Shown here piece by piece: positions 46,028 to 47,088 of a stretch of 47,088 nt of DNA; positions within the stretch are counted from its first letter, which is position 1; every line of letters begins with the position of its first letter. The notes beneath the pieces were generated by a model, which had not been told where the DNA came from, did not search any database, and was given only the letters and a program-made list of their open reading frames with translations. Origin of the DNA: a virus (taxonomy: Duplodnaviria > Caudoviricetes); IMG/VR virus record IMGVR_UViG_3300014613_000035, positions 1-47,088 of that record. The stretch is one strand, 5' to 3'. The position numbers and the translations under genes were made by a program.

Positions 46028-46414
46028 ATGTCTACAGCAACGACAACTGGAACAATAGTTTTTCCTGCATCTCCTGCAGGTTCAAATCAAACAATTCCCA
46101 TAGGAGCGCCAGATATAACGGCAGCTTCTACTACAGGAGCAACACTTACGTATACAGAAGGTGGTGCAAAAACATTAACTGTTACACAAGCTGCAGGTAT
46201 AATTATAGTATCTTTCGATACTATTGCATCTGCCGATATTCTGTATGTAGGAACGGATGAAGCTCTTAGTGTTGTAATTGATGGTAGCGCTACGGCTATT
46301 GAGCTGGCTGCTGGTGGATTTATCATGATTCAACTAGGTTCTATAGCATCAATGACTGTTGCTGCTTCTACTATCAATACGGCAACAGTTCTCGTAGCAA
46401 TTCTGGGAGCATAG
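46028..46414 (+). CDS. putative structural protein
   Basis: A/T/I/G-rich 128 aa. Confidence 0.5.
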   Translation: MSTATTTGTIVFPASPAGSNQTIPIGAPDITAASTTGATLTYTEGGAKTLTVTQAAGIIIVSFDTIASADILYVGTDEALSVVIDGSATAIELAAGGFIMIQLGSIASMTVAASTINTATVLVAILGA

Positions 46415-46430
46415 GATCTGAGGTGTTTTT

Positions 46431-47088
46431 ATGGCAGTAATTCGAGCAGGATTAGAGGAGCCTTCAGTAGCTCAAATGATCGAGCTGGTTCGGCTTGATT
46501 CAAAGAGGTTTATTGATATTACTTTTCAAGATTCTGAGGGTGCTGCTATTGATATTGATGAAGGTGAAATTGGAGGATTGCCTACTGGAGAATTAGATCT
46601 TGAGATTACTGATATGGACGGCACTTCTATATTTAGTGAAGCATACTGGCCGAATTCAAATCCTATATCCAGGAGAATAAAGAAATCTGCTACTGGAAAG
46701 TATTATGTAAATCTAGGTACTGAAACTGGAGAAACAGATACTGCCGGAACTTATTTGGCAAACTGGCATTTAAGACAGAATATTTCTACTGAGAATATTT
46801 ATGCTACTCAAGTTCTGGAGATAGTTTCTCCTAGAACTTTGAGTTTACTTCCGAAAATACGTTTTTTGGTAGACAAAGTGGTCAAACCTAATCTTCCTTC
46901 TGAGATGTGTTTTCTGGGGTATACAGACGGTCAATTAATAATTGGGCTCCAATTAGGTTTGCATTTTTTGAATGAGTACCAACCTTATCCCTGCTGGGCA
47001 TCTATTGATGATTACGACATCACGAAGTACAGCCACGTTCTCATCAAGGCTGCAATGTATCAGATATTGACTTCGCAAGGAATTTTTG
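46431..47088 (+). CDS. putative head-tail connector/neck protein (truncated by window end)
   Basis: gaggtg RBS; open to the window end; beta N-domain then helical RFLVDK..GYTDGQL..FLNEYQP. Confidence 0.45.
   Translation, partial: MAVIRAGLEEPSVAQMIELVRLDSKRFIDITFQDSEGAAIDIDEGEIGGLPTGELDLEITDMDGTSIFSEAYWPNSNPISRRIKKSATGKYYVNLGTETGETDTAGTYLANWHLRQNISTENIYATQVLEIVSPRTLSLLPKIRFLVDKVVKPNLPSEMCFLGYTDGQLIIGLQLGLHFLNEYQPYPCWASIDDYDITKYSHVLIKAAMYQILTSQGIF

Noticed and set aside
161-46326. Numerous short minus-strand ORFs in the track
   Set aside because: They overlap well-supported + strand genes and lack RBS or motifs; only tnpB and its remnant are credible on the minus strand

Overview
This window is part of a large dsDNA (tailed) phage genome read almost entirely on the + strand; standard genetic code, host not identifiable from the sequence. 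The first ~12 kb is an accessory region of small ORFs. It holds a DNA methyltransferase with an HNH gene nested out of frame, a tRNA-like RNA, a run of ORFs joined by a repeated junction motif, lysis-like membrane genes and an internally deleted tnpB element. Then follows a head-assembly module: candidate small terminase, large terminase, KTSC and HNH genes, an ~11 kb cluster of fibre/decoration/LamG proteins, an intact tnpB-only IS605-family element, portal, MuF-like protein, prohead protease, scaffold, two paralogous decoration proteins and the major capsid protein. The most striking unexplained signal is at 43.6-46.0 kb. Four unrelated, very acidic proteins, one an ArdA anti-restriction DNA mimic, share a basic N-terminal leader (M[KR]x1-2GISx[KQ][GA][FL]xR[IL][AS]) that also has an echo in the scaffold. 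This suggests a capsid-targeting tag for packaging anti-defence cargo. All product calls come from motif recognition by eye, not database searches.
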